From positions 104,412 through 168,411 of the forward strand of contig JAQGDQ010000485.1 in the NCBI GenBank assembly GCA_030141605.1: 64,000 bases of DNA. The letters are read 5' to 3'. The notes under the pieces were generated by a model. The model did no database searches. It was not told the DNA's origin and worked only from the letters and a program-made list of their open reading frames with translations. Within the stretch, counting starts at the first letter, position 1. Every line of letters begins with the position of its first letter. Positions 1 to 12,717 of this stretch are shown piece by piece. The stretch comes from Tubiluchus corallicola. Lineage: Eukaryota; Animalia; Priapulida. Both the position numbers and the translations under genes were made by a program.

Positions 1-164
1 GTGGTCTTACAAGGCTCGCCCATATTACTCGATTTTGTTCTGCAGTAAAACCACTAATAATTTGTTTAAAAATGGTGCACAGAAATCACAGCTAAACTGT
101 GCTGAGTGCACGATGTTTCAAACGTTTTAATGATAAAGAACATATGTAGTTGAAGTGCTGAAAT

Positions 165-254
165 ATTCGAATCTATAATTTTAGGTTTGAGTCGAATTCG
201 AACGTTGGAATTCGATTCGATTTTTCGAACTCGAACGTTTGATGCTCACCCCTA
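165..254. mobile_element. Terminal fragment of an hAT(Ac)-like non-autonomous element
   Basis: TTCGA-rich block ending ...cgaacgtttgatgctcaccccta. Its reverse complement matches tagggatgagcatcgaacgttcgagtt at 56772-56798. TAGGG(A/G)TG ends resemble Ac-type termini. Confidence 0.4.
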
Positions 255-765
255 ATCATTGCATGTCATTGATTTGTAATCTTTCATTTATGACTTTTGA
301 GGATGCTAGTTGGACGGCGTTTCTGAGTTTTGATTTGGTTATTGTCCAAAAGTTCCGTTTAGTGTGCCATGTATTGCCGTAACATCATTTTATCTGGTGC
401 ATAACCATCTTTAGCTGTTTTGTTTCTGGTAGTCTCATGTACTAGGTTGTCTTATTTGCTTGCAATTATTTATGCACTTTGATTATTTTAAGGCAGTCAA
501 TTACTCGTCCAAAAAATTTGTGGTGATATGTACATTTCTGGCATACATTTTTATAATCATGTTTCGATTATGTGTAAAAATTTTTACTCTTTATAATATG
601 TAACATATATACAGTTAGACATTTAAGGAAACCAATATGTATCGAAACACTTTTTTGTTTTCTGTATGATATTATCACTTTACGAATTACAAATGTGAGA
701 ATTCGTACATGGGAACATTTTTTATATGTCGTACTAGTCGGTGAAGATTTGTACAACCTCACTAC

Positions 766-1288
766 TTAAAGGAAAACCGGGCAATTGCATAGAAGTTAGT
801 TCAAAATAAAGTATGCTCTAACATGTTAAAAACTACAACAGCGTTCTTTAAATCGAAGCTTAGGTTAAGAATTAGTTTACCTCGGATACTCAAATTTTGT
901 TAAACTTTCAAAGCTACGTACCGCTTGGCAAATCCACTAAACTGGCAATGGCGCCCTTTTCTCAAGGCGCAGTATCGTTATAAGCAAGATCATATTCGTG
1001 TGTGAGGTAAGTGGATGTAGAGCTCATTTTCGTGTTATCAGATCAGCGTCTTATAGAAATCTTCGCTTATGCAAGCTGATTATGCAGGAAGATGCCTGCC
1101 AGTGAACAAACTGTCGTTAGTTTGTGACATAAGCGATTGCGGTGTTTGGTTGCGGTAATTGTTAATTAACTATAAGGTAATTATTCATTTATTGGAAACA
1201 ATTGCTAACTTTTATAGGCACAAAATGTATGTTTTGGACAGTAATTAAAATAAGATTGAGTCTAATAAATCCTCCGGTTTTCCTTTGA
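766..1288 (+). mobile_element. Kolobok/T2-like MITE family A, divergent copy
   Basis: TTAA|AGGAAAACCGG ... CCGGTTTTCCT|TTGA termini; internal blocks shared with the copies at 2586, 7781, 19847 and 30229. Confidence 0.8.
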
Positions 1289-1819
1289 AAGACCTGTCAG
1301 AATAACAGCTGATTTAAACAGGTTATAGAGCAGTGTTTAGGCCTATAGTTAGCATGTAGTGGTATTTTAGCAACATTTGTTAATAGGACCTATGATTTTA
1401 AGCTAGCAGCATGTTAAAAATTTTATGTATTTTGACTGAGTTAATGTAATGCTTTTACGTGAAGTTCTAAAAAATACATAAGATTTAATGGTTTTAGTCT
1501 TCATTATTTGTGACAAAAAATAAGTAATTATAGTAACAAAGTTTCACGCATTTACAAAAATTGTTGTGGTGAATATGGCTTAAAAAAGTGCAAGGTTCTA
1601 ACAAGATATATTATATATCTTATATATATAAATATAGTCTTATTATATATTGCAAAATGCACAAAGTACCATAATACTCATGAATTCAGTCGTCATGACT
1701 GAAAAATTATATAAACTGATATACATGTAATTAAACTTTTATAAAATGTATGGGCTTCTAAAGCTTGGAACGATGCCTTAAAATGGTTTAGTATCAATGC
1801 AATACAAATAGAATGCATG

Positions 1820-2316
1820 TTCCCAGGATTCACGGGGGAGAGAAGAACGTATCTTTGCTACGTTACACATGTAGCTTCAATGTCTGACTGTTCCTGCACG
1901 GTAAGTATGGTTACTTGGTGCAGACTTAGTGCAAATTAGTCAGCGTCAAGTGATAATTGTGTTGGCACCTTTCAAGTGTAGGGGTGGAGAAGGAAGGCGG
2001 TTTTCGTTTCGGAAAAGCTGATGCGTCACTAGTTCAGAGATGTAAGCGAAGGTTTCTGCGCTCGTTTGTGAATTTGTCGTTTTATTTGTTTTCGCGAGTA
2101 CAAAGCATTATTAAATTTACAATTACTTTTACTAGTGCATTTTATGTGAATGAATTTGGACTTTAATGGCTTTATTTTTTATCGCAGATATAGTTCGACT
2201 GTATTAAGACAAAAATAAAAAACACATTAACTACAGCGTGTTTCCTTTTTATACCAAAACAAGAATTTTCAATTTGGAGACTGCCGTCTCGTCAAGAAAG
2301 GACGCTTGCACATTTT
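1820..2316 (+). promoter_or_regulatory. Candidate promoter and non-coding 5' leader exons of the zinc-finger array
   Basis: Donor-like CACG|GTAAGT (1901) and GAT|GTAAGC (2042), acceptor ttatttttatcgcAG (2186-2187) and donor TTT|GTAAGT (2317) bound an ATG-free 129-nt exon at 2188-2316. Locally CpG-containing. Motif-level evidence only. Confidence 0.35.
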
Positions 2317-2585
2317 GTAAGTGCAACTATTGTGCCTGTCTTTCCAAAGTTATATTTATAATGTATCCTTAATAGTTAGGTATTTTAAATTATGCATGAA
2401 ACAAGGTAATTGATATTTTAAGTCCACTTAGAGGCTCTCTATGGTCACGAAATTGTAATTTGTTGCTGCGTACGGCCTGTTTCAGAGTTTTTTGCAATTT
2501 GTAATTCTCATCTCTGCTGTTAATAATGAATATAGTAATTCTATGCATTGGCTACTCAGAAATACAAATAAAAATGAGTAAACCA

Positions 2586-3111
2586 TTAAAGGAAAACCGG
2601 ATGATTGTGTTAACACGAGTTCAGAATAAAGAATACAATAGCTTTTTTTAAATCAATGCTTAGATTAAATAATAATTACCTCGGATACTCAAATTTCGTT
2701 AAACTTTCAAAGGTACCCGCGACTTAGTGAATCTACTAAGATTGGCAACGGCCCCTTTTTGTCACATTCGCATGGCCGATAAATAGAAGGCAGTACCGTG
2801 ATAAGCATGATCATGAACTGCAGTGTTTGTTTCTGACGTCATATGACGTAGAGCCCGTTTTCGTGGCATCACGTGTTTAAGCAGTAACACTTACGTAAAC
2901 ATGCTTGACACGCAAGTTAAGATGCCTGCCATTGCACAAACTGTGGTTAGTTTCTGATGTAAGCAATAGCTGTGTTAGGTTGCCGCTAATTAACTTTCTA
3001 AGCTAATTATTTAAAATATAAGAAACAATTGCTAACTTTTATAGGCAAGAAAATGTGTATTTTGGGCGGTAAATTTAACTGAGCCTAAACAATCGTCTGG
3101 TTTTCCTTTAA
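2586..3111 (+). mobile_element. Kolobok/T2-like MITE family A
   Basis: TTAA TSD at both ends; TIR AGGAAAACCGGATGATTG / CAATCGTCTGGTTTTCCT. Confidence 0.88.
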
Positions 3112-3276
3112 ACAAGATAGTAAAATTAAAGTTACGTATAAACTGTAAATAACAAATCACACACTCTAGCCTCATCAAACATGTTATTGTTTTCATTATC
3201 ATACAGTAAATTGTCGCTAATAAAAACAACTTTAATCCTTGCATTATATGATTGTAATTATTATATTACCCTAAGT

Positions 3277-3843
3277 CAGTGGTTCTTAACCTTGTTGGAT
3301 GTACCGAACCCCACCAGTTTCATATGCGCATTCACCAAACCCCTCTTTAGTGAAAAATAAAATATGATTTTTTTCAAATTCAAGACATAGATATGTTTTT
3401 TACTGGTACACAAAATGAGCCGTGCATGAACATCACCTTGTTCAAAGAACAAAACCAACACAATGCATAAACTCACAACAAATTACATACCTGCAAATCA
3501 GTGTGCTTCTGCTGTTGCCTTTGAGAGACCAGTTCAGATATGCGTGCCTTCACCTCAGCAAGTGCCACTCTCATGTCATTTTCACAGCAAAGTCTGTTCC
3601 TTTTCTTCGTTTTTATGTGTAGCATCCTCGAAAAGGATTGCTCACAAAGATATGTTGTAACAAATGGTATAAAAAAATCCAGGGCTTTCTTAGCAATAAC
3701 TGGATACTTGTTCATTTGTCGACACCAAAACGTTGAGAGCGTTGTTATTCTGAAAAGTTGCTGTTGAACCTGGCTCTGCCGAACCCCTGAGATCGACTCA
3801 CCGAACTCCTAGGGTTCGATCGAACCCAGGTTAAGAACCACTG
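3277..3843 (-). mobile_element. hAT Buster/Charlie-group deletion derivative carrying the transposase C-terminus
   Basis: TIR CAGTGGTTCTTAACC / GGTTAAGAACCACTG; 8-bp TSD ccctaagt/ccataagt with central TA. The minus-strand ORF 3473-3715 (YPVIAKKALDFFIPFVTTYLCEQSFSRMLHIKTKKRNRL) is the hAT dimerisation region. Confidence 0.9.
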
Positions 3844-4376
3844 CCATAAGTACAATGAAAATAAGTTTTCTTTCACTACATTGTTGGCACAGGCGTATAA
3901 GTATGTTTCCAACTGGCTTTAATTTATTATTTGGAGTCAAATTAATACAAGCTGCTATGCTTTAGTTGACTGATTCGTAACATGTTGCATGAAGTTACAT
4001 TGACCGAGGATTTTCAGCGCTTTTTTTAAATTTCTTCGGCAACTGAACATTGTATGAGGAGATGTTTGTGGAAATTAATTTTGCATTAGTTCACAAGGTT
4101 CTTCAAAGGTTATCTGGTTGTATCGAGGTTTTAATAGTTAATAATCAGTAAAACCGCTATCAAGAGCAAGATAATGCCCACAGAGAGCCATAATCTTGTT
4201 TCTTGTCAACTTTGATCTATTTTACTGCGACGTGGAACAGGTGCTGACAGCACAATGTGGGCATAAATCGATTTGGGTTTACACGTTGTTCAGCCATTTG
4301 GACTAAATTCCTTTTAGCACAAACTTGTTTGCTAGGTTGTGTTTTCATTTGATATCAGTGGTGTTATAACATTCTG

Positions 4377-4755
4377 ATCATATTGAAAACTGGAGCCTCG
4401 TCTGATCACCGAAGTTAAGCAACATAGAGCCTGGTTAGTACTTGGATTGGTGACCGCCTAGGAATACCGGGTGCTGTAGGCTTACGGGATGCCCACACTG
4501 TATCTTGACACTAGCAGCCAATGGCTAGAGGGCGGAGGAGGTCAAGTGACTCAACAGTCTTGTGTAGAGGAGTAAACCTTCCTGATCAGGAGTGGAGCCC
4601 CGAAGGCGGACCAGTGCAGCATGCTCACTGACTCCGGCAGCTCCTGCAGCCAACCTGGTGCCAAACATATCGCTCCGCTTTCCTTTGGACTACACCAGGG
4701 AGGAAGAGAGGGGGTTCCTGTTGTCTGGGCAACTCAGTATGCCAACAACAACAAT
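4377..4755 (+). mobile_element. 5S rRNA-headed SINE (SINE3-type), internally deleted copy
   Basis: 4397-4483 matches the 3' two-thirds of 5S rRNA (CTCGTCTGATCACCGAAGTTAAGC...TTAGTACTTGGAT..GACCGCCT.GGAATACCGGGTGCTGTAGGCTT) with no oligo-T terminator. It runs into a body shared with 22850-23236 and ends in (CAA)n. Confidence 0.82.
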
Positions 4756-5000
4756 GTAAATGTAAGCAAAAGTTTGTACACAAAACGATATGATTGTTTT
4801 GGTGCAATGAATGCAAAGGAGCCTCTTCAGAATAACAAATAAAAAACAGTATCATCAAAAGCAATACCACATATTTGTAAAAGATTTGAGAAGCAGCTTA
4901 GGAAGGTATCCAAGGACTATTTAGTAAGAACTACTATAGTGTCAACAAAGGGCTTGCACAAATTATTCAGTCCAGGGAAGGCACTAAAACAGTTGATTTT

Positions 5001-5364
5001 TCTTGTGGAGATCGCTGGCGTCTATTAGAATTACATTGTAGAATGTTCCGTTGGAATGATCGTCTGACCGTGCGGAATGTTCTGGAACAAAGCTTCTAGA
5101 AACTTCTCGGGCATGCTATAGAAGGCAAAGCAGGCCGCTGAGAGGGGAGCACACTGATTCACACGGACGCCACTTACACATTCTCTTGTATACTTGTATT
5201 TTCAGATACACTCAAACGTTTTCCAGATTTTCACGTTTACTGTAATCATTTCGCATTCCTTCATACTTATGTGTTGTAGAATTCTCGCTTAATAAACTAG
5301 TTCAATTTGACGAAGTGTTTTCTGGTTTTCTCTATGAGCCTTCTGAGAGAAACAAAACACAACA
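5001..5364 (+). mobile_element. Solo LTR
   Basis: T(c)TTGTG...CACAACA termini; 5-bp TSD ATTTT at 4996-5000 and 5365-5369; TATA-like ctataga near 5117, AATAAA at 5291 and nGAAn heat-shock arrays inside. Confidence 0.65.
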
Positions 5365-5397
5365 ATTTTGCAAGAAGGTATTTCTAATTTTACATAA

Positions 5398-5404
5398 TAT
5401 ATAT

Positions 5405-5446
<42 letters not shown>
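5398..5446. repeat. (TA)n microsatellite
   Basis: Direct reading. Confidence 0.95.
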
Positions 5447-5452
<6 letters not shown>

Positions 5453-5725
5453 AGTACAGATACATTTTATCTATATATTTATTTATCTAACGAGCCATTA
5501 ATCACAGAAAAGGGGAAGTTAGAGCTCAGTATTCCACTTAAAATCAAGAATTTATAGTGAAGAATGTTATATTTTGAATTACTCAAATTACTGAGCATGA
5601 TTTGCACCTAGGACCTTCTTATTGGTGGTTAACTGTATTCTTATTGTTTCTGTAATAGCAAACAACCAAACTGGTTATAAAGACATTGTGAAACATGATA
5701 GCAAAGAAATGCTTTTGGTGGTCAC

Positions 5726-6152
5726 CAGGGGCGTATCAGGACTTTACGATGCCCTAGGCTGCTAGTTTTGTCCAGCCTATCTCTATTGTGAATTCATGGT
5801 TGTTTATCTAATAAGCAGATTAAACAATTACTTGTGGTGTATTAGAAACATTATTATCCTAGTTTCTACGTGGTCATTGTTAATTACATCTACTTGCATA
5901 GCACTCGTATAAAAGCATGCCGCACAACTGTTTGTTGTGTAATACCTTGCACCTGTTCATTATGTGGCACTTATATAAAAACTTCTCTCAGTGACTGCTT
6001 GTGTGGTGTGTTATAAAATGTGATTATTTACATGAATATGAAAGAACACACATTTTTCGAGGAGAATAAGAACTTTTTCTAAAATATGACACCCCTCAAA
6101 CTTTGGCGCCCTAGGCTATAGCCTAGTTAGCCTATTGGTTAATACGCCCCTG
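5726..6152. mobile_element. Old hAT-like MITE
   Basis: TIR CAGGGGCGTAT / ATACGCCCCTG and repeated GCCCTAGGCT subterminal motifs; TSD degenerate (gtggtcac/gctgttac). Confidence 0.6.
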
Positions 6153-6236
6153 GCTGTTACATGGCATATAATTTGACTGAAAAGCTATGATGTGATTTTA
6201 GGTTCTCACTGAGAAGTAAACCATTATTGAACAGCA

Positions 6237-7043
6237 ATGGAACCATTGGTCTACTTTAAATGCACAGCCTGTTCTGAATGTTTTGTTTCTGAGGACATTT
6301 TCTTTGCACACACCCGTACCTGGCATTGTAAGATCTTGATTAGTGAAGGTCAGGATGCGGAAACAGAGGATGAAGATGAATATTCTATCTGTGCTGGCGA
6401 GTTTGAAAGTGCAGCTGACGATAATTCTTGTACAATATCCAGTGCTTCTGTATGTGAGAAAATCATTGATTATACAGCTGGTGATTCTGAAAGTGACAAA
6501 TACGTTGATCATAATAAGGAAAGTGATATTAAAAGTGAGCCAATGCCTCAATTCGGTGAGGATTTTCCAATTTTCGAGACTAATGCTCGAAGCAATGATC
6601 ACAGTGCGGTATTAGATGATGGTCCAGCCAGCACCATAATAAATCAACTACATCTTTCTGACTTTTATTCAGGGGTGCGACATATTCAGGAGAAACCACA
6701 TCAAATACCTGCTAGTCAGAGCAATGTTTTACCACAGATAACACTACACCAAAGTCAAAAGAAAATTAATAAAATATGCTACGCGAAAAAATTATTATCG
6801 TCTAAAGGACAGTCGGTAAAAACGACAATCGAACCATTCGGCTCGGCTGAAAAGCAGCCGCGAAAAGAGTCGGCTTATTTCTGTCGCTTTTGTCGGAGGC
6901 CATTTTGTGCGCCTGCACATCTAATACGACATGAACGAATTCACACAGGTGAAAAACCTTTTGTGTGCTCCGTGTGTCAGCGGGGTTTTGCCCAGGCGGG
7001 TAACTTAAAAGCTCACATGAAGACGCATCGTATGCCTGATTGA
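6237..7043 (+). CDS. C2H2 zinc-finger protein unit 1 (268 aa; conserved N-terminal module plus 2 C-terminal fingers)
   Basis: Intact ORF with in-frame upstream stops; fingers CRFC..HERIH and CSVC..HMKTH joined by a TGEKPF linker; acceptor AG at 6200-6201. Confidence 0.93.
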   Translation: MEPLVYFKCTACSECFVSEDIFFAHTRTWHCKILISEGQDAETEDEDEYSICAGEFESAADDNSCTISSASVCEKIIDYTAGDSESDKYVDHNKESDIKSEPMPQFGEDFPIFETNARSNDHSAVLDDGPASTIINQLHLSDFYSGVRHIQEKPHQIPASQSNVLPQITLHQSQKKINKICYAKKLLSSKGQSVKTTIEPFGSAEKQPRKESAYFCRFCRRPFCAPAHLIRHERIHTGEKPFVCSVCQRGFAQAGNLKAHMKTHRMPD

Positions 7044-7088
7044 TGTTAGTGGTAATTAGTGGAGCAGTGTGGATTACTTGCATGGACC

Positions 7089-7651
7089 TTAAGGGAAAGG
7101 ACAAGTCATTCAGCTTGTTGGGTTTATTTTACTGTTATCACTGTTAGAAAACTCTAACAAAGAAATTTGCAAAGAACTGCCCATATAGTATAAACTTAAA
7201 ATATACTACCTCTGAATAGAAATTTTCAGGCGCAGTGGTTGCCGCCATTCACTCGACAATCATGATGTAACTGGGAGACTTCGTGACTTTTTGTAAACTC
7301 GTCATGGCTTTCCGTAACCATGCGCTGCTTAAAACTGATTCAAACTTCTGCAGCTTACATAATGCTCATGAAAAAATATTACAAACTTAGCTTTGTAATT
7401 TCTTTGTAAAAACTTAATACACTTTTGGTGAAGATTGACAGTGCGCTACTTTTCTTCAAGACGAATGACGTAGCTGGAAGAAGAATGGGTATTGAAAATT
7501 GGAGCGCCCAAGCATGAAATGATCGCGACTTTAAAGTGATTTTACTAGTTACACAAGGCGCTTATTGCAGCTTTATTACTAAATCCTTTTAGCATTTTTT
7601 GTGAACATTGAAATGAGCGTAATCTCTTGGGAAGCTTGGCCTTTCCTTTAA
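7089..7651. mobile_element. Kolobok/T2-like MITE family B, in the 3' region of unit 1
   Basis: TTAA|GGGAAAGGACAAG ... CTTGGCCTTTCCT|TTAA. Confidence 0.7.
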
Positions 7652-7780
7652 GTATGTGTGAACAGAACCATTATGAAAGTAACAACAGCAGTGTTTCAGT
7701 TGAAATAGAATCTTGTCAACTCTTATGTGCAGCTGAGCCTGTATGAAGTCATTAAATTATTTTTCATTTCTATGACTTTA

Positions 7781-8321
7781 TTAAAGGAAGACCGGACGAT
7801 TGTTTAGACTCAATCTCATTTTAATTTACTGTCCAAAATATACATTTTCGTGCCTGTAGAAGTTAACAATTGTTCCTTATATTTGAATAATCAGCTTAGA
7901 AAGTTAATTAACGGCAACTGAACACGGCCATTGCTTACATCAAAAACTAACCACAGTTTGTGCAATGGCAGGTGCCTACCCTTGCGGGTCAAGCACGTTT
8001 GCGTAAGTGTTACTTCTTAAATGCATGATGTCACGAAAAATGGGCTTTACATCATATGACATCATGAAACTAACACAGCAGTTCATGGTCATGGTTATCA
8101 CGGTACCGCCTTCTATTTGTCGTGACAAAAAGGCGCCGCTGCCAATCTTAGTAGATTCACTGAGCCGCTCGTAGCTTTGAAAGTTTAACTAAATTTGAGT
8201 ATCCGAGGTAATTATTATTTAATCTAAGCTTTGATTTAAAAAGAGATATTGTAGTTTTCAATATTTTAGAGCATTCTTTATTCTGAACTCGTGTTTACAC
8301 AATCATCCGGTTTTCCTTTAA
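7781..8321 (-). mobile_element. Kolobok/T2-like MITE family A
   Basis: TTAA TSDs and both TIRs; reverse complement of 2586-3111. Confidence 0.88.
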
Positions 8322-8637
8322 GGATTTTAGGAAAATGAATCTTTTTTTCTGTTTTTGTTCAGTGCCTCGCTTTCCGGCATTTCACAATTAATTTATTAAT
8401 CCTGTGACTTAATGTGTACAAAGCTGAATGCAAATTTAAACTATTTTTGTAATGTATAAAATTCAATAAAACAATCTAATTTCTTAATTTAATCTGTTAG
8501 TATCTTTGCAAATAAGAATAGAACAAAATAGATCACCGGAAAGTTTAAAATATCACATGAACCTAAACTGTCCTTTGTACTGCTTTCACATGCATTTTAG
8601 GTTTTTCTTGGTGAATAAAGATTGATGAACAAACACA

Positions 8638-9663
8638 ATGGAGCCAATGATTTACTTCAAATGTACAGCTTGTTCTGAGTGTTTTATGTCAGAGGATATT
8701 TTTTTTGCACACACCCGTACCTGGCACTGTAAAATACTAATTAGTGAAGGTCAGGATGCATATACCTCTACCTTGCATAGAGCCGGATCAGTTTTTGACG
8801 CGAAGACTTACATTTCCACTGAGGAGAGTTTTCATGCAAAAAATGACATTTATAGATCCAGTGGTGTTCAAGCTAATGAAGAGAAAAGCAGATGTACACC
8901 GGCAGTTTCGACTGACCTTCGTGGTACCCCCCATTCTCTCCTTGATGAAGGTACTTTAAAAGTGGAGCCAAGCTCTGAACTTGATTACTGTTTAATGGCA
9001 GGAAGTGGGAGTGCAAGCGAAATGGTAAGTTCGCTAAATTATGCCAGCAGCATTACTGTAAGTAATGTAGCGTGGAAACAATCACCTCGTCTTTTGTCAA
9101 GTGAATCATCTGTTTATCAGGCCGCACGGGGAAAGGTTTTTTCCCAGGAAGTAAATCAGACATCAGAAAATAAAGTGAAACAGTGGGATAAGAAAAGTGT
9201 GCTTGGTAAAGCAAAGATGTTCAAAGATCAGTACAGTACAAGCAGAATGCAACCTTCTCCAAGAGCAGATTTTTCGCAGCCAAACAAAGAAGTGCATATT
9301 GAAACGCAAAGACCTAAGAGAAGGACAGTGTATATCTGTCACGTTTGTGGTAAAGCGTTCAGATCAGCTGCTCTTGTTGACCAACATGGACGCATTCATA
9401 CAGGTGAAAAACCTTACTCCTGTGATGCGTGCGGAAAAAAGTTTACTTTTGAGTGGAACCTAAAAACTCACACTAGAATTCACACCGGTGAAAAACCATA
9501 TTCCTGTCACGTGTGTGGAAAAAGTTTTGCTGTAGTGTCCAACTTGAGAGCCCACGTGAAAATTCACACAGGTGAAAAACCTTTTACATGTTCAGTTTGT
9601 GAAAAAGGTTTTACTCAGAATCGTGACTTAAATAAACACTTGCTGATACACAGTAATTTCTGA
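8638..9663 (+). CDS. C2H2 zinc-finger protein unit 2 (341 aa; N-module plus 4 fingers)
   Basis: Intact ORF; four Cx2C-x12-Hx3H fingers with TGEKP linkers; acceptor AG at 8599-8600. Confidence 0.93.
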   Translation: MEPMIYFKCTACSECFMSEDIFFAHTRTWHCKILISEGQDAYTSTLHRAGSVFDAKTYISTEESFHAKNDIYRSSGVQANEEKSRCTPAVSTDLRGTPHSLLDEGTLKVEPSSELDYCLMAGSGSASEMVSSLNYASSITVSNVAWKQSPRLLSSESSVYQAARGKVFSQEVNQTSENKVKQWDKKSVLGKAKMFKDQYSTSRMQPSPRADFSQPNKEVHIETQRPKRRTVYICHVCGKAFRSAALVDQHGRIHTGEKPYSCDACGKKFTFEWNLKTHTRIHTGEKPYSCHVCGKSFAVVSNLRAHVKIHTGEKPFTCSVCEKGFTQNRDLNKHLLIHSNF

Positions 9664-10173
9664 TGTTTGAAGCACTGCGTGTAAGAAATTTAATTGGAGA
9701 TGAAATGCTGTTAGTTTTGCCTTGTGAATAATGTGGCTTGTGGTGTACATATGATAGCATCTCTGGAGACTGCAGAGATAGGATCTCTGGAGACCCTATA
9801 ACCAGGGCTGGATTACCCTAATTAGGCTATTATAGGCTACAACATAAGGCCCTCAAACTTGATGCGTCCTAAAATATTTTGAAATATAACTTTTTTTTAA
9901 ATATAATTTTTTGGAAAATGAGTATGATATTTTGACATTTTGCATTGCTGAATAATTCATTTAACTTTAAAAAAAGAAAACCTAAGAGTACGAAAACCCA
10001 ATTTTAAAAGGGGCCTCTGTTTGAGACCCTTTATTTAAGATAAAAGGCCTATGTTTCAGGCAGCTTATACAATGCATGGCAAAGAAATGTTCTAAGAAAA
10101 TGTACACTGGCATATAACATGCTAGCTATTTGCTCACAGGGTACTGAAAAGTCATGATGTGGTTTTAGTAAAG

Positions 10174-10240
10174 CACACATCTATAGGTGAAAAACCTTAC
10201 TCTTTCTGTCTGTACAGAAAAAGCGTTTCTTCAGAATAGT
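10174..10240 (+). pseudogene. Decayed zinc-finger linker/finger fragment downstream of unit 2
   Basis: ggtgaaaaaccttactct...agaaaa(a)gcgtttcttcagaatagt reads GEKPYS...RK/AFLQNS with the cysteines lost and a frameshift. Confidence 0.5.
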
Positions 10241-11440
10241 GTAAGTATTCTAACTCCTCCTCGGCTGGAGCTGCCCTCAAACTCTTTCGAACCCGTCTGA
10301 AATATATTTCACTTGTGATACAGTGTATATTTTAACAACATTTACATACAAGGAAGTAAAATTATTGCAAATTCTTTAAGCAAACTAAAATAGGTTGTTT
10401 GTCAATAAAAATATTATTCAAGAAATACCAATATTTTACTATTTATTGCAAACCAAATTAGCACATTTTTTAACACAACCGTAGTGAAAAAAAAACAGAT
10501 TTTACAGATGTTACCAGAACTTGATGAGCCCCAAGCCTAAGGCACCAGAAAACCCTTCATAAACATAAAGCTTAAAAATTCGTCTTGAAATTTTATACCA
10601 CTTACATACTGGCTTTTTACATACAGGACTTCAATCGGCAGTAACACTGTATAAGACGCAAATTTAAACTCCCGCGATTATCTTTAGACGCAGCCATTTT
10701 GACGATAAGTCATTTGAATAAAGTTTAGATAACATTGTGTAAACTTTGAAAAAATAATCAAAGCATTCGTAGCACACACGTTGCTAACTGAGTAAAATTT
10801 TAAATTACTGTATCTTGTCAATAAGTTTAAAAATACGTTAAACTTATTTTTGCGGATCTGGGAAACCCGCGCACAGGTCCTGGTGGCACCTCTTAGACAA
10901 CAGAGAGGGCGCAAAGAAATACGCCGATCACTGCAAAGTCACAAATAATTGTATGGCTGATTGCCACTATGGATTTGAATAATTGTTAATTTAATTTTTA
11001 TTGTCGGTTTTTATCGGTGCATTGTTTCCGTAATTAAAACGGACTAGCAGTTATAAACAAAGAAAAGCAATGGTGGTTTTTAACTAGTGTTAAGCTGATA
11101 TTAAAAATTGTAAGTGAATTTCTATTTCGTTCTTGAAAATTTTTTGTGAAAAAGTTTGTACTTCACAAAGCTTGCATGACAACGGAGAAGTTTCTAAGCC
11201 TAGTAGTACTGCAAAAATTATAATTAAAATTATGATTCTGCCTCTCAGCGGAATCTTTTTGATTTAACCGCGGTTTTTATTTATTATTATTTGCGTCTGC
11301 AAACTCACAGGTTTAGGGCCAAACTCTTCTGATTCTATAACTTGCTTGCCACTTGCGAAGTCTGAGAGACCTAATCATAACACGGTTACCGACATTTTTA
11401 CCGAAATTGAGCTATATTTGATGCTTCAACAATTTCACTA

Positions 11441-11800
11441 TTAAGTGAATTCCAACACGAGATATGAAGAAGTGGGCTCTGATGTTAGTGCGAGAGTGGT
11501 GTAGAAATAATTTAGAGTTGTGCTCACTGATGTCTTTATACTGATGCATGCTGGTCTAGAAATAAATTTACCACTACATAAAATTGAATTACCACTGATG
11601 TCTATAGCAGTAAGATCTATAGCATCACAGCATTGTTCAAGAGAAGATACAGAATCTGATTCAATATCAGAAGTTGAACTAATACACCGCCATTGAGTTC
11701 TTTCTAAAGCATCCCTTAGAGTAACATACTGAGGTGAGCCAAACAATGCATCATGCTCAAGTATTGTCCTAACTACAGCTTTGTACAGAGGGTTCACTCT
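11441..11800 (-). mobile_element. Degraded CR1/L2-group LINE fragments
   Basis: The minus ORF contains LYKAVVRTILEH...SP...LERTQWR, like the LYKSLVRPILEY..VWSP..LE.VQRR post-RT motif of CR1/L2 ORF2. Confidence 0.55.
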
Positions 11801-12717
11801 CCATGTAGGGGGATTTATGTGTGATCTGTCACCCACTGTATCAAAGGTCATAGAGCCTGTAGGTTTCAGGTTATTTTTACAGTTTTCCAATAGTTTTATA
11901 GCCTCCTGTAGTTTTTGAATTAAGGTTTTACACAGTTTTAGTACGTGGCTAGGCGGGGTTGAGTGCTTGTGCATGAATAAATGTGGGCTGAAATGCTTTG
12001 AATTGCATTTCTGCTTTGAGTTGATTTCTGTTGCTTTTACCTTCTATACATACACAAACACCTAAAATATGTCATCACCCTGTGAATATACTTGTATTTT
12101 TAATAAGGGGCAGCTGACCAAGTGACCAATAGGTCTTTCGCTGCTCCTTCTCAGCTGCAATGAAATGTAAAAGTAATTATGACGAATTTAACTGCTAAAT
12201 TGAATTGGATTGAATTGTGGGCCATATGCATTTAGAAAATTTCCATCAGGAGCAGAGACAGAGATCACGGAAGTTGGCGACACCATTGTTCAGTGTTTCT
12301 AAAGTCAGGTAAAAATTATGCCCCAAATTGGCTGATTGCTGACCCCACTGTTGGAAGAAAACCGAAAGTAAGGTCAGGGAGACTTCCTTTCATTGTTAAT
12401 TAACGATGGCTTGTAGTATACCAATTGAAAAGTCTCGGTGAGACAGACAGAATTGTATGAATTATGCCTAGATTGGCTGACCTCTGAGCCCATGACCTCC
12501 CTGGGGAAAAATGAAATTGGGGAGTGGGATTAATGTTTCCAAACTCAAACAACGGCAAATGAAAGGTCTCCACGAGAAGAAATGAATGGTATGAGCTAAG
12601 CTCAGACTGGCCAACCATTGACTAGGAGGGAAATAACTAATGAGACTTCACAGACTAAGTGATAATTTTTTGTGGTCGGGGATACAAATGCTTCAGGTGG
12701 AACAGTGGGTTGTAGTA

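Noticed and set aside
4377-4483. Functional 5S rRNA gene
   Set aside because: The 5' end is degenerate, there is no oligo-T terminator, and it runs into a repeat body seen elsewhere; treated as a SINE head.
10850-11115. Private promoter plus donor (AATT|GTAAGT at 11110) for unit 3
   Set aside because: Motif-only evidence, and it is flanked by imperfect inverted repeats (~10651-10680 vs ~11264-11300) suggesting a TE. Not excluded; it remains the main alternative to the shared-leader model for unit 3.
11441-11974. 177-aa minus-strand ORF as a host gene
   Set aside because: It reads as a patchwork of LINE-like motifs with no gene structure.
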